DNA of 64,000 nt from Planctomycetota bacterium (GTDB lineage: Bacteria > Planctomycetota > Planctomycetia > Pirellulales > Lacipirellulaceae). Of the stretch, positions 20,930 through 32,181 are shown piece by piece. The notes below the pieces were generated by a model, which had not been told where the DNA came from, ran no database searches, and saw only the letters and a program-made list of their open reading frames with translations. The position numbers and the translations under genes are program-made. The first letter of the stretch is position 1. The number at the start of each line of letters is the position of its first letter. The DNA lies in the NCBI GenBank assembly GCA_039190745.1, contig JBCCXZ010000004.1, positions 55,698 through 119,697 on the forward strand. The letters are read 5' to 3'.

Positions 20930-21778
20930 TTACGCGCTGCCCGAGCGTGTTTGGCAGCCCGCGCAGAAGAAGGTCGACCGCTGCGCCTGCACGATCCGCT
21001 CAATCTCTTGGTCGGGGCAACGGGGGCAGCGGCGGCCGGCTCGGCCGTACACTCGGTGCATGTTCTGGTAGCTGCCGTCCTGGTTCAGCGCATTGCGGTA
21101 CGTGCCGTCGCCGAGGGTGGAGCCCTCATACCGCACCGCTTCTTCGAGCACGGCGTGCGTAGCGTCGGCGAGCGCACGCCACTGCGCGGCAGACATAGCG
21201 CTGCACCGCTTGCGGGGGTGGATGCCCGCGAGGTAGAGGATCTCCGCCGCGTAGAGGTTACCGATGCCCGCGACGGCCCGCTGATCGAGCAGCGCTACCT
21301 TCAATTCGCGTCGGGAGCCCGCGAGCCGCTCGCGGTACTGCTCAGCGGTAATCTCCAGCGCATCGGGCCCCAGGGCGTGCGGGCCGTACTGCTCGGCAAG
21401 CTGCTTCTCAGAAAACAGGCGAACGCTTCCCAGCCCGCGGCGGTCCCAGTACTGGACGGCCTCGTTGGGGCCGGCGTTGAGCAGCATCCGCCAGCGGAGG
21501 TGCTCGCGGGTCGGCGGGTCGACCAGCAACACCAGCCCCGTCATGCGGGGCTCAACCACCACCGCGTCGCCGCTGTCGAGCCAAATAGCCACACGCTTCC
21601 CCAGCCGGGTTAATCGATCCACACGCCGGCCGGTCACCCTCTCGCGGAAGGATGCAAGCCTGGGGGAAATCAGGATCGGCCGCTTCGTGCAGCGGACGTT
21701 CTCCACGCCCTCAACGACAGACCCGACGATCGGCTCGATCCCGCGGCGCATCGTCTCGACTTCGGGCAATTCGGGCAT
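20930..21778 (-). CDS. mutM: Formamidopyrimidine-DNA glycosylase
   Basis: MPELPEVE N-terminus, RLGK, GIGNLYA, C-terminal Zn finger CPRC...RSTFFCAGCQ. Confidence 0.95.
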   Translation of the reverse strand: MPELPEVETMRRGIEPIVGSVVEGVENVRCTKRPILISPRLASFRERVTGRRVDRLTRLGKRVAIWLDSGDAVVVEPRMTGLVLLVDPPTREHLRWRMLLNAGPNEAVQYWDRRGLGSVRLFSEKQLAEQYGPHALGPDALEITAEQYRERLAGSRRELKVALLDQRAVAGIGNLYAAEILYLAGIHPRKRCSAMSAAQWRALADATHAVLEEAVRYEGSTLGDGTYRNALNQDGSYQNMHRVYGRAGRRCPRCPDQEIERIVQAQRSTFFCAGCQTRSGSA

Positions 21779-21864
21779 ATGAACGCAGTTTTCGCGGGGA
21801 GAAGCCCGCCCTTGATTCGCACTGTTCGGCGGCGGACAATTGAAGGTTTGGAGGCACACGCACC

Positions 21865-23118
<1,254 letters not shown>

Positions 23119-23158
23119 AACACGCCGAGTCCCAGACAATACACGGAAGCTGAAGTTC

Positions 23159-23353
23159 ATGGTCGTCGGCCCCACTGAGATTGCTATCCTCTCCGGACTG
23201 TTGTTGGCCCTGTACGCGACATCTTGGGTGCAGAGCTCTGTAGTCGCCGCTCTGGAGTGCGTCTTGCTGGTTGGCGTGATCCTGGTTTACATCGGCTCAT
23301 TCCTAACCGAGTGTTGTGGTCGTTTGCGACGCGGCAATCCGCACTCTTACTAA
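23159..23353 (+). CDS. Small hydrophobic hypothetical protein inserted between trpB and trpA
   Basis: 64 aa with two hydrophobic stretches; codon usage visibly less GC3-biased than flanking genes. Confidence 0.35.
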   Translation: MVVGPTEIAILSGLLLALYATSWVQSSVVAALECVLLVGVILVYIGSFLTECCGRLRRGNPHSY

Positions 23354-23410
23354 AGCTCTGCGGTCTCCGCGTCTCTGCGCGAGCTCTACCCCATACAGCG
23401 ACCAAACACT

Positions 23411-24211
23411 ATGCCCGCGATCGACGAACTCTTCACGAAGCTCCGCGCCGAGGGCCGTAAGGCACTAATGCCGTTCGTCACAGCGGGCGACCCCGACCTC
23501 GAAACCACCGCCGCGGTGCTGAAGGAAGTCGCCAAACGCGGCGCGGCGCTCTGCGAGTTGGGCATACCGTACAGCGACCCCATCGCCGACGGGCCGGTGA
23601 TCCAGGCCTCGTACACGCGGGCGCTCGATCAGGGCGTAAAGCTGGCCGACATCATGGCGATGCTCAGCCACGCCACGCCCGAGCTCTCGGCCCCCGTGGT
23701 GACGATGGTCAGCTACGCGATCATCTACCGGCACGGGCCGCGGGAGTACATCGAGATGGCCAAAGAGGCGGGCGCGGACGGGGCAATCGTGCCCGACCTG
23801 CCAGTGGACGAAGCGGCCGCCTTGTCGAAGCTATGCCGCGAAGCGGACTTCAGCCTTATCCAGTTGGTGACGCCCACCACGCCGAACGACCGCGCCGTGC
23901 GGATCGCCGAGACCTCCAGCGGGTTTATCTACTACGTGTCCGTCGCGGGCATCACGGGCGAACGCCGCGCGCTGCCGCCGGAGTTGGTCGACCGCGTCGG
24001 CTGGCTCCGCGAGCAGACGCCGCTGCCGGTGTGCATCGGGTTCGGCATCAGCGAGCCGGAGCACGTCCGCCAACTGGCGCCGGTGGCCGACGGGCTGATC
24101 GTGGGGTCGGCGATCGTCCGCCGCATCGCCGCCGAAAACCAAGACCCAGACGCCCGCCTGCGGGAAGTGGGCGACTACGTGTCGTCGTTGCTGGCCGCGT
24201 TGGACGAATAG
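23411..24211 (+). CDS. trpA: Tryptophan synthase alpha chain
   Basis: ELGIPYSDPIADGPVIQ, PDLP, YYVSVAGITG, GFGIS, ADGLIVGSA. Confidence 0.97.
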   Translation: MPAIDELFTKLRAEGRKALMPFVTAGDPDLETTAAVLKEVAKRGAALCELGIPYSDPIADGPVIQASYTRALDQGVKLADIMAMLSHATPELSAPVVTMVSYAIIYRHGPREYIEMAKEAGADGAIVPDLPVDEAAALSKLCREADFSLIQLVTPTTPNDRAVRIAETSSGFIYYVSVAGITGERRALPPELVDRVGWLREQTPLPVCIGFGISEPEHVRQLAPVADGLIVGSAIVRRIAAENQDPDARLREVGDYVSSLLAALDE

Positions 24212-24520
24212 TCTGGTTTTTTGCCTAAGCAAGGCCTCTTTCGGGTACAGCCGCTCTATTCGGGTAACCGAAGAAAGAATGTTGCGCTTGGTCGGTCCGT
24301 TTGTTTGACCTTGCCAAAATCGGCTAACTAAAATTAAGTAGACGGCGGCATCGGCGCGGCAGCGCCGACGCCTCCCCCCTCGCGGTGCCCCAGGGGCCGG
24401 CGGATGGGTTCACCGGTCGGCTCTAAAGGGTCGGCCCAAGCGGCGGCAACACATCCTCCGGCATCAACGGTTTGTTCCGTCCCTCGTGGGCCGCGGACAG
24501 GCTCCACCCGGAGGTCGCCC

Positions 24521-25075
24521 ATGGCGCCAGAATCCCCGCGGAACGATCCCCATAGACACCGCGAAGAAGTCTTCCGGCGTTTCTTCGCCGGGGTCACCGA
24601 GTACGCCTTCACCGCCCGGCTCGGGGTGGCCGACCCGCCGCTAGTCGACTACCTCACCTCGATGCTGGTGAGCTTCATCCGCACCGACACGGTGTTCAGC
24701 CTCCGCACGCCGACGGGGGACCGGCTGAACCAAGTGGCCGACATGCTCGCCGAGGCCCAGTCGCGGCAGGGCTCGGCCCGTCGACGCGTGCACCGGCACA
24801 TCGGCGACTTCACCCTGTTCTGGACCGGCGTCTACCCCGAGGTGGCTGAGGAGAGCCTCCGCAAGGGGCGCAAAGACGGCCTGATCGACTACCGCCGTCA
24901 GGGCAAGAAGAACTACCTGATCGCTAGCCGCCTGCCGGCCGGCCACAACTCGGCCCCAGACGACGTGCTCGAACGGCTCAGCGAACAGTTCGAGCTGTGC
25001 GTCTACGGCCTCGGCGAGGTCCGCAAGCAATGGGAAGAGCGCGAGGGTGAAGAGGGCGGTTTGCTGCTGGGTTGA
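24521..25075 (+). CDS. Hypothetical protein
   Basis: GGAGG RBS before ATG 24521; coding-like composition (HRHIGDFTLFWTGVYPE). Confidence 0.8.
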   Translation: MAPESPRNDPHRHREEVFRRFFAGVTEYAFTARLGVADPPLVDYLTSMLVSFIRTDTVFSLRTPTGDRLNQVADMLAEAQSRQGSARRRVHRHIGDFTLFWTGVYPEVAEESLRKGRKDGLIDYRRQGKKNYLIASRLPAGHNSAPDDVLERLSEQFELCVYGLGEVRKQWEEREGEEGGLLLG

Positions 25076-25083
25076 GCCGGGCC

Positions 25084-26010
25084 CTACGTCACCAGCCCCT
25101 TCGTCACGAGCATGAAGACGTCTTCCAGAGTCGGCTCTTTGTCGGCGAACGAGAGTAGCCCGCAGTCGGCGGCGACCAGCTGCTTGAGCAGCCGCTCGAT
25201 GTCGGCGTCGCCCCCTTTGATCTCGGCCGTGCAGCCCCGGGGCATCGGCACGACATCGTGCACGTTCGGGTGGCTGCGGATAAGGCTCACGCCCGCCTCG
25301 GCGTCGCCGCGGAAACGGACTTCGATGTGGCGGTTGCGGGTGATCTTCTGGTAAACCTTGTCGATCGGCCCGTGCAGCAGCAGCTTGCCGCGCTCGATGA
25401 TGCCGATCGACGTGCAGCAGTCGGCCAGTTCGGTGAGGATGTGACTCGAAATCAGGATGGTCTTGCCCATGCTGCGGAGTTCTTTGAGCAGGGCCTTCAC
25501 CTCTAATCGGGCGCGGGGGTCGAGGCCGCTGGCGGGTTCGTCGAGGATCAGCACCGGCGGGTCGTGCACCAGTGTCTTCGCCAGGCAGAGCCGCTGCTTC
25601 ATGCCGCGCGAGAGGCCGTTCACAAAGTCGTCGCGCTTGTGCGTGAGGTCGAGCAGCTCGAGCACGTCGGAGAGCACCTGCTTCCGCCGGGCCTTAGGCA
25701 CTTGGTACGCCACGGCGAAGAAGTCCAAAAACTCCCACACCTTCATGCCGTCGTACACGCCGAAGTTGTCGGGCATGTAGCCAACGCTCCGCCGCACGCC
25801 GATGGGGTCGCGGGTGACGCTGTGCCCGTTGACGCGGGCCTCGCCGTGGGTAGCTTGCAGCAGGGTGGCCAAGAAGCGGATGGTGGTGCTCTTGCCGGCG
25901 CCGTTGGGGCCGATGAAGCCGAACATCTCCCCGGCGCCTATCTTGAGGTTCAGGTTCTCCACCGCGGTGAAGTCGCCGTACTGCTTGCCAAAGTTGGAGA
26001 TCTCGATCAT
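25084..26010 (-). CDS. ABC transporter ATP-binding protein (ABC-2 type)
   Basis: GPNGAGKST, LSRGMKQR, LILDEP, SSH. Confidence 0.95.
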   Translation of the reverse strand: MIEISNFGKQYGDFTAVENLNLKIGAGEMFGFIGPNGAGKSTTIRFLATLLQATHGEARVNGHSVTRDPIGVRRSVGYMPDNFGVYDGMKVWEFLDFFAVAYQVPKARRKQVLSDVLELLDLTHKRDDFVNGLSRGMKQRLCLAKTLVHDPPVLILDEPASGLDPRARLEVKALLKELRSMGKTILISSHILTELADCCTSIGIIERGKLLLHGPIDKVYQKITRNRHIEVRFRGDAEAGVSLIRSHPNVHDVVPMPRGCTAEIKGGDADIERLLKQLVAADCGLLSFADKEPTLEDVFMLVTKGLVT

Positions 26011-26049
26011 GCGGGCGGGTTGCGGTAATGGTCAGCGGGTTAGGAGAAC

Positions 26050-26189
26050 TAGCCATAGATGGACGCAGATGAACACGGATAAGAAACAAGAAAATGGATA
26101 GCCTGTTTGGCGACCGTCGAGGGAACTAGAAACCCTGTATTCTCTCGTCGATTCACTCATCTGTGTTTATCTGCGTCCATCTGTGACTA
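26050..26189. repeat. Inverted-repeat element with 9-nt periodic arms
   Basis: 26050-26080 TAGCCATAGATGGACGCAGATGAACACGGAT vs reverse complement of 26159-26189: 27/31 identical. Confidence 0.85.
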
Positions 26190-26195
26190 CCATCT

Positions 26196-28664
26196 TCACT
26201 CTTCGTAGGGCGTATCAATCGGGATGTCCTGCCGGCTGTTCACGTCCGGGCGTGGGTCGGGGCCGAGGCCCATGGCGAGGTGCGTTACCACCACAGTCAT
26301 GCCGTTGAGCTGCGAGGCACGCGGCGAGACGGTCGGCCCCGCGGGCGTCTCGTCGAGCACAGCCACCAGCCGGGTCTCGCTCCGCTGGGCGTAGGCAGGG
26401 TCTTCCTTGCCGGCGAATCGGAACGCTTCGAGAAGCACCGGGCCGATGTCGAAAGGCGGCTCGTCGAGCAGCTCGGCGGCCGATCGCCGCTCGTCGGTGA
26501 AAGGCACGCCCCCCTCATCGAGCGACTCCCGCGACATCGCCAGCGGCGTGGTGTTGATCAGCACGCTCTCGCCCGGCTGGACGTCGCCCAGCCAGCAGCC
26601 GCGGTACGTGGGCGGGCCCTCGGTCGAGGGGGTGAACTCCACGATCGCCGCGTCCCGCAGGCGGAGTTCGCTGCGGTTCTCCAACTGGCGGTGGCCGCGG
26701 GAAGAGACGCCGAGCCGCACCGGGCCTTCTAGCTCCGCGATCTCCTCGGCGTGCATCATGGTGGTCGCCGCGGAGGGTACGGTCAGCCCGCGCAGCTCAG
26801 ACTCATTCGTCTTCTCCGAAACCACCGGGAACACGCGGTCGCTGATCGTCCGCGAGGTCTGTTCCCCCCGCGACTGGGTGGAAAACGGCAGGGCGAGCGC
26901 CCGAGGGTCGTCGTAGGTGAGGTCGTAGGTCGTTGAGAGCGATGTGTAGAACGCGGCGTAGCGGGAGAGCCGACCGCGGTCGTGCCCGCCATACAGTTCG
27001 AGCACGGCCACCTCGTTCTGCGAGCGGACAAAGCCGATGTCGAGCTGCGCCTGCTGGACGACTACCACCGTTCCGACCACCGCGATTACGGGCGCGGCGA
27101 GCCAGGCCCACTCGACGCGGCCGAGGGTGTAGAAGATGGCCCAGTTGAGCGGCACGAGGACCAGAAGGTAAGCGGCAAGGCACGCAACCACGAAGCCCGA
27201 ACCGGGCACCGTGACGCCGGCCGCCTCGCGGAGTACCGAGCGTGCGGCCTCGGCGACGGGGCTGAAGCCGGTCCAGCCGGCGACGCCCTCGAGGCGGTCA
27301 ACCGTTGCAACGGGCGGATTCGCCGCCCCGCCGAAAGTAATACTGTCGTACTCTAGGTCTACCAACACATTCGCCTCGGAACCGGAATCTCGCGAGAACA
27401 GCCGCACGGGGGTCGCGAGGTGGGAGTCGAGGCGGTACTCGGAAAGGTGGGCCCATTCCGCGCGGAGCCCGCCGTAGGGGCCCCTGGCAAAGCGGCGGGC
27501 CGGGCGGCGGAAGAGCGCCCCGTTCAAGAACCCGTCAAAGCCCTTCCAGTTCAAAAACTCACGCTGCGTCAGGCGGAACGCCGTGGTCACCACCGACCCG
27601 CGTCCCACCGGGTGTTCGACCACGAGCCCGCCCGTGCCGATCATGGGGACGGCCGCCTCGCTCGGCTTCAGCCGCACCGCAGGCCACGGGCTCAACGCAT
27701 TCGTCGGCTCACGCCGCATGCCTCTGAGGCGGTTGCCCCAAAACAAGTTCAGCTCGCTGAGGTCTGCTTCTTTCAGTTCCGTCGTCGCGTCGCCGCTGGC
27801 GGAGAGGTAACCCTCAAGGAATGAGCCGCGGAGCAAATCTAGCGAGCCCGGCCCGCTCACGATCAGCCGCCCGCCCCAATGGAGCCAGTCGACGAGCGAG
27901 TCCTGCTGGCGGGGCGTCAGGCGCTCCGGGTCGAGGCGGTCCCAAACCACGTACGCCACCGACGACATAGCCAGCGGGTTCTCCGGCACGGGCAGCCCGC
28001 CCTTGGCGCTGCCCGCGAGCACCACATGGTAGTACTGGTCGTACGGGTTGTCGTCGTCTTCGTACGGGCCGCGGACCGTGTCGGTCACTTTCAGGAAAGC
28101 GTACTCGTCCGGCGAATCGGCCAGCACTAGCACGAAGTACTGGTAGGAAGGCATCCGCTGCAGCGCGGCGGTCGACTCGGCCAGTTCTCGCCCGGCCCCG
28201 CGGCGGCGGAGGGCCGAGGAAACGAGCGCACCCTTGCCGATCGCGTTCGGGACGAACACCTCGGTCTCGATCCGCTTCGGCCGGCCCTTCGAGAGCACCA
28301 CGGGCCGTTGCGACCGGAGCGAGAAGTCGGTTTGCGGCAGCAGCACCGGGGCTTCGTCGCCGGTGAGCACACGGGCCGAGGTCTCACCGACGAAGTCGTC
28401 GTAGTTGGCTTTCATCCGCTGGGCGACCACCATCCAGTGGCCCGGTTTCACGAGCACGCGGGGGCGGTCGTCCTCCGCGCCCTCTTCAGCAACCAACCCG
28501 GGGTCGAGCAGCGGCCGGGTGGGGGTCAACTCGAGGTCATCCTTCTTCTTGTTTTCGTCTTCAGACTCGGCACCGGCGTCGGCGGAGTCTTCTGAGTTGC
28601 ACCCGCCGCAGCCGAGCGTGCAAACCAACACCGAAACAAGAAGCAGAGTCGCAACGCGACGCAT
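26196..28664 (-). CDS. Large membrane-anchored hypothetical protein, ABC-associated
   Basis: Signal/lipobox-like N-terminus from ATG 28664, two internal TM helices, VDWLHWGGRLIVSG segment; co-oriented with ABC genes. Confidence 0.75.
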   Translation of the reverse strand: MRRVATLLLVSVLVCTLGCGGCNSEDSADAGAESEDENKKKDDLELTPTRPLLDPGLVAEEGAEDDRPRVLVKPGHWMVVAQRMKANYDDFVGETSARVLTGDEAPVLLPQTDFSLRSQRPVVLSKGRPKRIETEVFVPNAIGKGALVSSALRRRGAGRELAESTAALQRMPSYQYFVLVLADSPDEYAFLKVTDTVRGPYEDDDNPYDQYYHVVLAGSAKGGLPVPENPLAMSSVAYVVWDRLDPERLTPRQQDSLVDWLHWGGRLIVSGPGSLDLLRGSFLEGYLSASGDATTELKEADLSELNLFWGNRLRGMRREPTNALSPWPAVRLKPSEAAVPMIGTGGLVVEHPVGRGSVVTTAFRLTQREFLNWKGFDGFLNGALFRRPARRFARGPYGGLRAEWAHLSEYRLDSHLATPVRLFSRDSGSEANVLVDLEYDSITFGGAANPPVATVDRLEGVAGWTGFSPVAEAARSVLREAAGVTVPGSGFVVACLAAYLLVLVPLNWAIFYTLGRVEWAWLAAPVIAVVGTVVVVQQAQLDIGFVRSQNEVAVLELYGGHDRGRLSRYAAFYTSLSTTYDLTYDDPRALALPFSTQSRGEQTSRTISDRVFPVVSEKTNESELRGLTVPSAATTMMHAEEIAELEGPVRLGVSSRGHRQLENRSELRLRDAAIVEFTPSTEGPPTYRGCWLGDVQPGESVLINTTPLAMSRESLDEGGVPFTDERRSAAELLDEPPFDIGPVLLEAFRFAGKEDPAYAQRSETRLVAVLDETPAGPTVSPRASQLNGMTVVVTHLAMGLGPDPRPDVNSRQDIPIDTPYEE

Positions 28665-28774
28665 TGCGGCGCCGAGGAGCGCAGCGCGGTCAAGACCGTG
28701 TGTGGACGTTAGCGAGCGCTGGACGGGCATACGCAAACGGGGGCTCTGTTCCGTGGTTTTGCCTCGCACTCAGT

Positions 28775-30427
28775 CTAACGCAACCGCTGCGTGTCGGCAC
28801 GTAGCCGCCCAACCCGCAGGCAGGCGGCGGCAATCGCCGCGGACGCGGCAACGCCCAGCAGCAACGCCAGGCAGAGCGCAGCCACGTCGTCCTGGGCCCC
28901 GTAGTGCAGCAGGCTGAACGTGCGCATCGTCAGGGTCGCGGCCCCCGGCGGAGCCACCAGCAGGGTCGCCCCGGCATCGGCCCCGGCGTGGACCAGCGCG
29001 AGCAGCCACGCCGCCGCGAGCGCGGGCAGCCGCATCGGCACGGCGATCCGCAGCAGCGTCGACCACCAACCAGCCCCGTCCGACCGGGCGGCGGAGATTA
29101 TATCGGCGGGCACGGTCGACAGCGGCAGCCCAACCAGCAACAGGGCCAGCGGCCCGGCGCGCACCGCCTGCACCACGACCGGCGCGAGCACGGTGTGGTC
29201 GTACCACCAACTCAAGGCGGCCAGCGGCGAGTCGGGCGGCTGGTTCAGCAGCTTGATCAGCCAGACGGCAAGCACTGGCGAAGGCGTCGCCAACGCGGCG
29301 GCCCCCAACACAAGCAGCACGCCGACCGGCAGTCGGCCCGTGCGGACCGCCCAGGCCAATGGCACAGCGAGTCCGACGGCAAGCGTAGACGCGCCGCCGG
29401 CGATCACCAGCGACCAGAACACCTCGCGGCGGTGACGGTAAGGGCTCGCTGCGACCAAGCCCGCGGCCTTCGCGGCCGACCAGCCGCGATAGTAGCCGTC
29501 GTCGGTTTGCTCGACCTCGACGCCGGCTTTGGCGAAGAGGCTCACGGCCGGCGTCGCGACTACCGGCACCAGCACCGCGAGGCAAACGGCCCCACCGAGC
29601 AGCTTCGCACGCGGGTCGTCCCACCGCCATGCACCGCCCCAAGAGATCTGCGAACGGACCTCGGCCAACAACGGCGCGAGCCAACCAGCGGCGAGCAAAC
29701 CGCCGCCGGCAAAAAGGCCGGCGAGCACGGCAACGCCGCCACCGAGATCGCCGCCGGTCAGGCCGGTTGCGCCGGGGGCGGGAGCGTCGATGGCTCCGAG
29801 CGCGGCCTGCGTGTAGACCTCTTCGGCAAACGTGCGCACCTGGAAGAAGTCGGTTGCGGAGATCTCCGTCACGCACGTCGCCGCCACCCACAGGGCGCCG
29901 GCGAGCACGCCCGGCGCCGTTTGCGGCAGGCTGATCCGCCGCAGGACGCCCAGCGGCTTGTTGTCTTGCAGGGCCGCTTCCTCTTGAGCAGGGTCGACCG
30001 TCCGCAACGCCGCCGCCGGCGCAACGGCCACCCACGCCACGCCGGCCATGCCGTGTACCCAAACCGCCCCCCGCCAACCGGCCAGCCACGCCCCGCCGCC
30101 CGCCGCATCGCCCCAACCCGTGAGCCAGCCGCCCGGGCCGAGCACGGTCTGCCAGGCAGCAGTCTGCACGCAGAGCGGCACAAACATCCAGCCGATCAGG
30201 CCCCACCACAGCAGCCGACGCCCTGGAGCGTTCGTCTTCTCGATCGCGACCGCAGCAAGCACCCCCAGCGGCACGCAGATCGCCAACGCCCCGGCGGTCA
30301 ACCAACCCGAATGAGCCAACAGCCCGCGCACCCTAGGCCCGGCGAGAGTTCCGGCAACCACTGTGGCTAGCAGCACCGCCGCCGCGGGTGGGATGAATCG
30401 GCTTCGCGTTGTGCAAGCGTCTTGCAT
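28775..30427 (-). CDS. ABC transporter permease (FbpB/ThiP-like, two MetI-type domains)
   Basis: Many TM helices; EAA-like loops QEEAALQD and ISAARSDGA; start uncertain. Confidence 0.8.
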   Translation of the reverse strand: MQDACTTRSRFIPPAAAVLLATVVAGTLAGPRVRGLLAHSGWLTAGALAICVPLGVLAAVAIEKTNAPGRRLLWWGLIGWMFVPLCVQTAAWQTVLGPGGWLTGWGDAAGGGAWLAGWRGAVWVHGMAGVAWVAVAPAAALRTVDPAQEEAALQDNKPLGVLRRISLPQTAPGVLAGALWVAATCVTEISATDFFQVRTFAEEVYTQAALGAIDAPAPGATGLTGGDLGGGVAVLAGLFAGGGLLAAGWLAPLLAEVRSQISWGGAWRWDDPRAKLLGGAVCLAVLVPVVATPAVSLFAKAGVEVEQTDDGYYRGWSAAKAAGLVAASPYRHRREVFWSLVIAGGASTLAVGLAVPLAWAVRTGRLPVGVLLVLGAAALATPSPVLAVWLIKLLNQPPDSPLAALSWWYDHTVLAPVVVQAVRAGPLALLLVGLPLSTVPADIISAARSDGAGWWSTLLRIAVPMRLPALAAAWLLALVHAGADAGATLLVAPPGAATLTMRTFSLLHYGAQDDVAALCLALLLGVAASAAIAAACLRVGRLRADTQRLR

Positions 30428-30545
30428 GCTTCCCAGACTATCTGCCCGCCGTCCGGGCCGCGACCTGTGACTGTGGTTGACGCCCTCACTGGCCGATTGA
30501 TAGGGAGACCACTCGCCAGATCCTTGCCCAGATCGGAGGAACGCG

Positions 30546-30755
30546 ATGACTCGCCTCGTACTGCTGCTCGCTCTTGCCTGCACTTCCAGCATCGGCTGCA
30601 AAATGCCTGGTACGGGTGTCTTTCGATACTGGGACAGCCGGGACCAGAACGCCCCCAGCCCGATGGAAGAAGACGACCGCCTCGAGGGCTGGGAGCAGTA
30701 CTGGCAGGAGCACCCCGAGCAGAACAAGGTTATGAACGAGGCCTTCAGCCAGTGA
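30546..30755 (+). CDS. Small putative lipoprotein (paralog 1)
   Basis: GGAGG RBS, MTRLVLLLALAC lipobox, C-terminal WEQYWQEHPEQNKVMNEAFSQ. Confidence 0.7.
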   Translation: MTRLVLLLALACTSSIGCKMPGTGVFRYWDSRDQNAPSPMEEDDRLEGWEQYWQEHPEQNKVMNEAFSQ

Positions 30756-31075
30756 GTCCTCGAAGCCTAGCCTGGCTGCTGTCCCTCGCTTTGGTATTCG
30801 GATGCACGAGCTTTGGCGGTCCGGGCTATAAGGCCAAGAAAGCCGTCCGCAAGGTCACCGGCTTCGTGGTCGGGACCGCGTCTCATGCGGCGGTCGACGT
30901 CGCCTCCGACATCGCCGTGGGTGGCGTTCTTGACAAAGCCACGGGCAGCGACAGCACTGCCAGCAGCTCACACGCAAGCCGGGAAAAACAAAGAGAGGTT
31001 CAGGGCAGCTGGAAACGATACTGGCAGCAGAACCCGGATCGGAACCCGGCCATGGCCAAAGCCTTTAGCGACTAG
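30752..31075 (+). CDS. Small putative lipoprotein (paralog 2)
   Basis: GTGA start/stop overlap with paralog 1, LALVFGC lipobox, C-terminal WKRYWQQNPDRNPAMAKAFSD. Confidence 0.65.
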   Translation: MSPRSLAWLLSLALVFGCTSFGGPGYKAKKAVRKVTGFVVGTASHAAVDVASDIAVGGVLDKATGSDSTASSSHASREKQREVQGSWKRYWQQNPDRNPAMAKAFSD

Positions 31076-31265
31076 CAGACTGTGGCGTCGTCAGACTGTG
31101 ATGCCGTCAGACCGCGGTGCCGTCGCACTTGGCGGCTCGATTGCCGTAGACTCGATTGGCATAGAACGGCCACCGAGAGTTTGCTAGTTTCCGCCGCCGC
31201 CGCCCTGCCCTTCTGGGCGCCGGCCGCGATTCTGCTCAATCTGCAAGCTCCTCGAATCTCTTCGC

Positions 31266-31946
31266 ATGGCCGCAAACACCACGCTCAGCTCTCCGTACTG
31301 GCTCGCCGTCGCCGTGTTGGCGGGGACGCTCGCAGGCTGCCATTCCGGCCCGTTCGCGCCGAAGGAACGCACGTCGATCGTGACGCCCCACACACGCATC
31401 GCCGCGATCGAGGAGACAGCCAGCAAGGCCGACGGATCGCAGAGCGAGGAGCAGATCGACCTGACCAACCGGCTCGCCCAGCAGATCCAGAGCGAATCCG
31501 ACCCCGTCGTCCGGCGTTCGATCCAGAGGGCGATCGGCGAGTTCCGCACGCCCATGGCCCGCAGCGTGCTGCTGGCCGGCCTGCAGGACACCGACCCCAA
31601 AGTCCGCATCACGTGTTGCGCGAAACTAGGCGAACGGGGCGAATCTATGGCCGTCCCCGCCCTGGCCCGGGTGCTGCAATCGGACGAGGAGTTCGACGTG
31701 CGGATCGCCGCGGTCGACGCCCTCGGCCTGATCGACTCGCCCGCGGCGGTGCAGGCCCTCGGCAAGGCGCTCGCCGACCGCGACCCGGCCATGCAGTTCG
31801 CCGGCATTCAGGCTCTGAAGGACTCCACCGGCGAGAGCTTCAACGGCGACGTCGAGTCGTGGCAGCAGTACGTCAACAGCCGGACCCCCGCCGCCTCCGA
31901 CACGGTTCAGCTGGCCGAGCAGCCCGGCGAAACGAACCGATTCTGA
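31266..31946 (+). CDS. HEAT-repeat lipoprotein
   Basis: LAGC lipobox; DPVVRRSI, DPKVRITC, VRIAAVDALG HEAT-like repeats. Confidence 0.82.
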   Translation: MAANTTLSSPYWLAVAVLAGTLAGCHSGPFAPKERTSIVTPHTRIAAIEETASKADGSQSEEQIDLTNRLAQQIQSESDPVVRRSIQRAIGEFRTPMARSVLLAGLQDTDPKVRITCCAKLGERGESMAVPALARVLQSDEEFDVRIAAVDALGLIDSPAAVQALGKALADRDPAMQFAGIQALKDSTGESFNGDVESWQQYVNSRTPAASDTVQLAEQPGETNRF

Positions 31947-32181
31947 GCCGATTGGCTCAAGCCCGACCCCTGCGCGAATCGGGGGTTTCTCGCTGAATTC
32001 CCGGCCCGATCTGCCCGATACCAAGAGTCATCGGGACACCTCATCCGGGCGATGCAGACGCGCGTTCGTCGCGCGATCTAGGCGCGGCACGCACGAGTAG
32101 GCAGCCCCGGGTGCGCCGATAACGGCTTTGGCAGCCGACGCGGAGCGCTAGCGCATCGCGTCTGAAGGGGGGAATCTGTAG

